Shown: positions 30,901 through 33,145 of the stretch, piece by piece
Position numbering within the stretch: the first letter of the stretch is position 1
Layout of the letters: each line of letters opens with the position of its first letter
Virus record (IMG/VR): IMGVR_UViG_2879742664_000006
Direction: 5' to 3' (one strand)
DNA length: 33,145 nt
Origin: a virus
Lineage: Duplodnaviria > Heunggongvirae > Uroviricota > Caudoviricetes
Notes under the pieces: model-generated
The model's database searches: none
What the model saw: the letters and a program-made list of their open reading frames with translations, nothing else
What the model was told of the DNA's origin: nothing
Translations under genes and position numbers: made by a program

Positions 30901-31084
30901 TAACTACTTCACTAAATTAATTATTAGAGAATATGATAATAATAAGTTAGTAAATGTCACTTCAGAGAATATCAAAAGTGACTCAGATAAATTCAAGCTA
31001 ACTCTTAACTATGAGTTGAATATAGTATTTGAAGGAAACGCTGATTTAAAAATAGCTCACTCGCAAAGAGTGACATCAGAATAA
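27965..31084 (+). CDS. Large membrane-anchored protein of unknown function (1039 aa), AT-rich cargo gene
   Basis: Single uninterrupted ORF, visibly AT-rich (about 17 G+C in the first 60 nt) against GC-rich phage genes; N-terminal hydrophobic helices (residues ~50-190), then ~850 aa with no recognisable motif; possible -10 box TATAAT at 27869-27874. Confidence 0.8.
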   Translation: MIGQFLSATEILAKNYVRNKMVKNPFYSNLKWNFIEKNIIRLTSSPVKSVLCISAFSFVLLYVGYLNELFIKNNLLHYFPFRHSLTEWQTTILSGQLTIIGIVYPLVIGLVSVLFQKKADRKIAQTAYQRYSGFMLAGLSGLFLSGFILLSVLIKTVFGSYLYGIACLISILWLLINIVLSIWFFIVSLEILDDVKRQIIIKRYIAFEIVMPHICNKISAKLRLYPIYQKHNYSNLEITQADYKGEYISVASSYSKEDELSLYHRPFQLTLNLINYQLKKKNHFASFVIGDNRTKETESTGKILFSVKNIKPDSLLIKILKQCFYRAPIKGGDFSVSLTMQAITADTYMYLRDSDLISFDNAISALINNFNNLCDLYFFQDDNTNNNFLLITTELFERSFQYEFSDEVYKISNNSMDKINLSERFFELCLWSGVRIINNRKHLISNELCIYMGITRSQWSILTEWFRNNQSLLNASLRSRYNRILRTYITVWEQYQESINFRFCNTENSDLFELFCKTQLQELPSMIIDATQTRDPSTIDTAVDLINRWQHSMNIDSHSVEKYSYKGQLFNPGFFISKKLNFNSDREWFNIAIINALTDMRICTCLYLTSRINTSDKLMTHYIKLILEGKLIDQTGGYETPTEEIDNASQLIKILIRICLWTWSENMEHNGWMNSLARRLRDYDKTDMVMGRVYSNVFDCGFIDMEQSWVQLLLIFSNKNDSVSKEIKEAIENNYITYREKQRLIGVLSKICNSIEYTKIKLTLTLDDLQTKKENLRKLLQEHINMLKKDLDMRLQDAAIDVHRLDSTARKTSEHLRKRIKKTLPLSLFKSIDFKQASDCFTKHKISIKIDKEPYAEGIESIPYINEGDIQADLILKDIQRIILSNLFSTGCSQHTVIEDFNMLIDHIKSSADLAGKLVLVMSKEIFQQYNRMLFDNPNLRELMRKNDDGSMNITTESGTRKVYFLPFVNQPFSLVVKDNYFTKLIIREYDNNKLVNVTSENIKSDSDKFKLTLNYELNIVFEGNADLKIAHSQRVTSE

Positions 31085-31219
31085 TATCTTTGACGGCGCT
31101 CCTTAGAGTGCCGTTCGTTTATTAACTAATGCTAAAAATCATTATATAGAGAAAGTCATGTTTAAATCTTAGAGAATACAACCTAGAATAGTGTAAGCAC
31201 TACAATAAGAGAGGTCGCT

Positions 31220-31415
31220 ATGTTCCGTTGTCCGCTTTGTGGCGCATCTGCCCGTATCCGCACCAGTCGTCCGGAAAATGATTCAAACACCGTGAGACAA
31301 AAGTATTATCAGTGTAACAATCTAGAATGCGGCGTATGTTTCTCAACACTGGAAGCCTTCCACAAATTCACTTCAAAGCACGCCTCCCCCATTCACTCAT
31401 CAGAGGGCATCCCGT
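31220..31415 (+). pseudogene. ogr: ogr-like zinc-finger late-gene activator, 3' end split off by IS2 (remaining codons at 32746-32823)
   Basis: MFRCPLCGASARIRTSRPENDSNTVRQKYYQCNNLECGVCF... (CxxC...CxxxxC); the IS2 terminal repeat begins at 31416 inside the frame, which resumes after the IS2 left end as ...PWHELPTSHRGNNQMSLPLPQN*. Confidence 0.8.
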
Positions 31416-31426
31416 TGGATTTGCCC

Positions 31427-32331
31427 CTATATTTCCAGACATCTGTTATCACTTAACCCATTACAAGCCCGCTGCCGCAGATATTCCCGTGGCGAGCGAT
31501 AACCCAGCGCACTATGCGGATGCCATTCGTTATAATGCTCGAACGCCTCTGCAAGGTTCTTTGCTGCCGTTAACCCGTCTGGTTTGGGCATGATACTGAT
31601 GTAGTCACGCTTTATCGTTTTCACGAAGCTCTCTGCTATTCCGTTACTCTCCGGACTCCGCACCGCCGTGTTCTTCGGTTCAAGTCCCAACATCCGGGCG
31701 AACTGGCGTGTTTCATTAGCCCGGTAGCATGAACCATTATCCGTCAGCCACTCCACTGGAGACGACGGAAGATCGTTGCCGAAGCGGCGTTCCACCGCTC
31801 CCAGCATGACGTCCTGTACTGTTTCACTGTTGAAGCCGCCGGTAGTCACCGCCCAGTGCAGTGCCTCACGATCACAGCAGTCCAGCGCGAACGTGACACG
31901 CAGTCTCTCTCCGTTATCACAGCAGAACTCGAACCCGTCAGAGCACCATCGCTGATTGCTTTCTTTCACGGCCACTCTGCCTGTATGTGCCCGTTTCGAT
32001 GGCGGTACAGCAGGTTTTCGTCAAGCAACAGCGCATTCTGGCGCATGATCCGGTAAACACGTTTGGCATTGATCGCAGGCATACCATCAAGTTCTGCCTG
32101 TCTGCGAAGCAGCGCCCATACCCGACGATAACCATACGTGGGCAGCTCTCCGATAACATGGTGTATACGGAGAAGCACATCCGTATCATCAGTGTGACGA
32201 CTGCGGCGGCCATCCATCCAGTCATCGGTTCGTCTGAGAATGACGTGCAACTGCGCACGCGACACCCGGAGACAACGGCTGACTAAGCTTACTCCCCATC
32301 CCCGGGCAATAAGGGCGCGTGCGCTATCCAC
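31427..32331 (-). pseudogene. insD: IS2 transposase OrfB (InsD) with an internal 1-bp frameshift near 32019-32025
   Basis: Split into track ORFs 31966..32331 ([12 protein letters not shown]...[28 protein letters not shown]) and 31427..31975 ([17 protein letters not shown]...); the shifted frame reads [24 protein letters not shown], so one base is missing around cttga(a)cgaaaacc. Confidence 0.8.
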
Positions 32332-32654
32332 TTTTTTGCCCGTCCATATTCAACGGCTTCTTTGAGGAGTTCATTTTCCATCGTTTTCTTGCCGAGCAGG
32401 CGCTGGAGTTCTTTAATCTGCTTCATGGCGGCAGCAAGTTCAGAGGCAGGAACAACCTGTTCTCCGGCGGCCACAGCAGTAAGACTTCCTTCCTGGTATT
32501 GCTTACGCCAGAGAAATAACTGGCTGGCTGCTACACCATGTTGCCGGGCAACGAGGGAGACCGTCATCCCCGGTTCAAAGCTCTGCTGAACAATTGCGAT
32601 CTTTTCCTGTGTGGTACGCCGTCTGCGTTTCTCCGGCCCTAAGACATCAATCAT
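32289..32654 (-). CDS. insC: IS2 transposase OrfA (InsC)
   Basis: [56 protein letters not shown]...; track ORF starts 15 codons upstream at 32699. Confidence 0.85.
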
Positions 32655-33004
32655 CTGTACTCCAATGACTAGTCTAAAAACTAGTATTAAGACTATCACT
32701 TATTTAAGTGATACTGGTTGTCTGGAGATTCAGGGGGCCAGTCTACCGTGGCATGAACTGCCAACTTCACACAGAGGAAACAATCAGATGAGTTTGCCCT
32801 TACCTCAGAATTAACGAGCAGAATTGCCGGAGTAACAAAAAAGCGATAGATTACGCGCGGGTGCCTTTCGGCTGATGGTCGGAGGGAATACCTGAAGGCC
32901 AGATGTGGAAAGGCCCCGGAAAACATTTTTGTTTAACCGAGGCCCTAACCGTCTACCCTAAGCAAGTGATAGGTTAGCGCCTCCCCGAAAAAGGAGCAAG
33001 CGCT

Positions 33005-33145
33005 ATGTCGCAAAAATCGCTTACGGCCATCACGTTCTGCGTGACGGCAATCCTCATCATCTGGATGCTGCACGGTTCGCTGTGCGAAATACGGATGAGC
33101 TTCTGGGGAGCGGAGTTTGCGGCGTTCTTACAGTGTAAGCAGTAA
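33005..33145 (+). CDS. Hok/Gef/PndA-family type I toxin (small membrane peptide), putative
   Basis: 46-aa ORF MSQKSLTAITFCVTAILIIWMLHGSLCEIRMSFWGAEFAAFLQCKQ: one TM helix then SLCEIR and E(F)AAF motifs as in Hok/PndA (from memory); RBS aaggag 8 nt upstream. Too short for the ORF track. Confidence 0.5.
   Translation: MSQKSLTAITFCVTAILIIWMLHGSLCEIRMSFWGAEFAAFLQCKQ

Larger units (their letters stand above)
31416..32745 (-). mobile_element. Complete IS2 (IS3 family), 1330 bp as sequenced, inserted in ogr
   Basis: Terminal repeats tggatttgcccctatatttcc (31416-) and ggagattcagggggccagtcta (-32745); insC and insD on the minus strand; direct repeat ccgt on both flanks. Confidence 0.9.

Overview
The window is a P2-like (Peduovirus-type) myovirus prophage in an E. 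coli/Shigella-like replicon, invaded and flanked by IS3-family insertion sequences. Left to right: a complete IS629-like element (2..1311), a 119-bp gene remnant, a 265-bp IS2 end fragment cut by a complete IS911 (1696..2944), a 5'-truncated parM-like gene plus parR-like gene, and a hypothetical zinc-ribbon ORF. The prophage structural region follows in P2 order: portal Q and terminase P on the minus strand, then O, N, M, L, X, a lysis cassette (holin, M15 peptidase endolysin, nested spanins), R, S, V, W, J, I and tail fibre H on the plus strand. The tail fibre ends in a Mu/P1/e14-type invertible host-range segment (two inverted 26-bp gix-like sites, two fibre C-termini, two assembly chaperones) with an adjacent Pin/Gin-family invertase. 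The FI-FII-E/E'-T-U tail block lies on the minus strand, inverted relative to P2, and gene D is divergent from FI. Between D and ogr sits an AT-rich 3.1-kb ORF for a 1039-aa membrane-anchored protein of unknown function, which is the best candidate for an undescribed accessory (possibly anti-phage) system. The ogr homologue is split by a complete IS2, and a Hok/Gef-family toxin ORF lies at the right edge. Several phage genes are disrupted as the sequence stands: 1-bp frameshifts in portal, capsid, tail tube (two) and the alternate fibre chaperone, and an in-frame TAA in D; IS2 insD is also frameshifted. Most are homopolymer-length changes, so either prophage decay or indel sequencing error is possible. 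No tRNA, rRNA or CRISPR array was recognised. All protein identifications are from reading the supplied translations against remembered family features; no database search was run.
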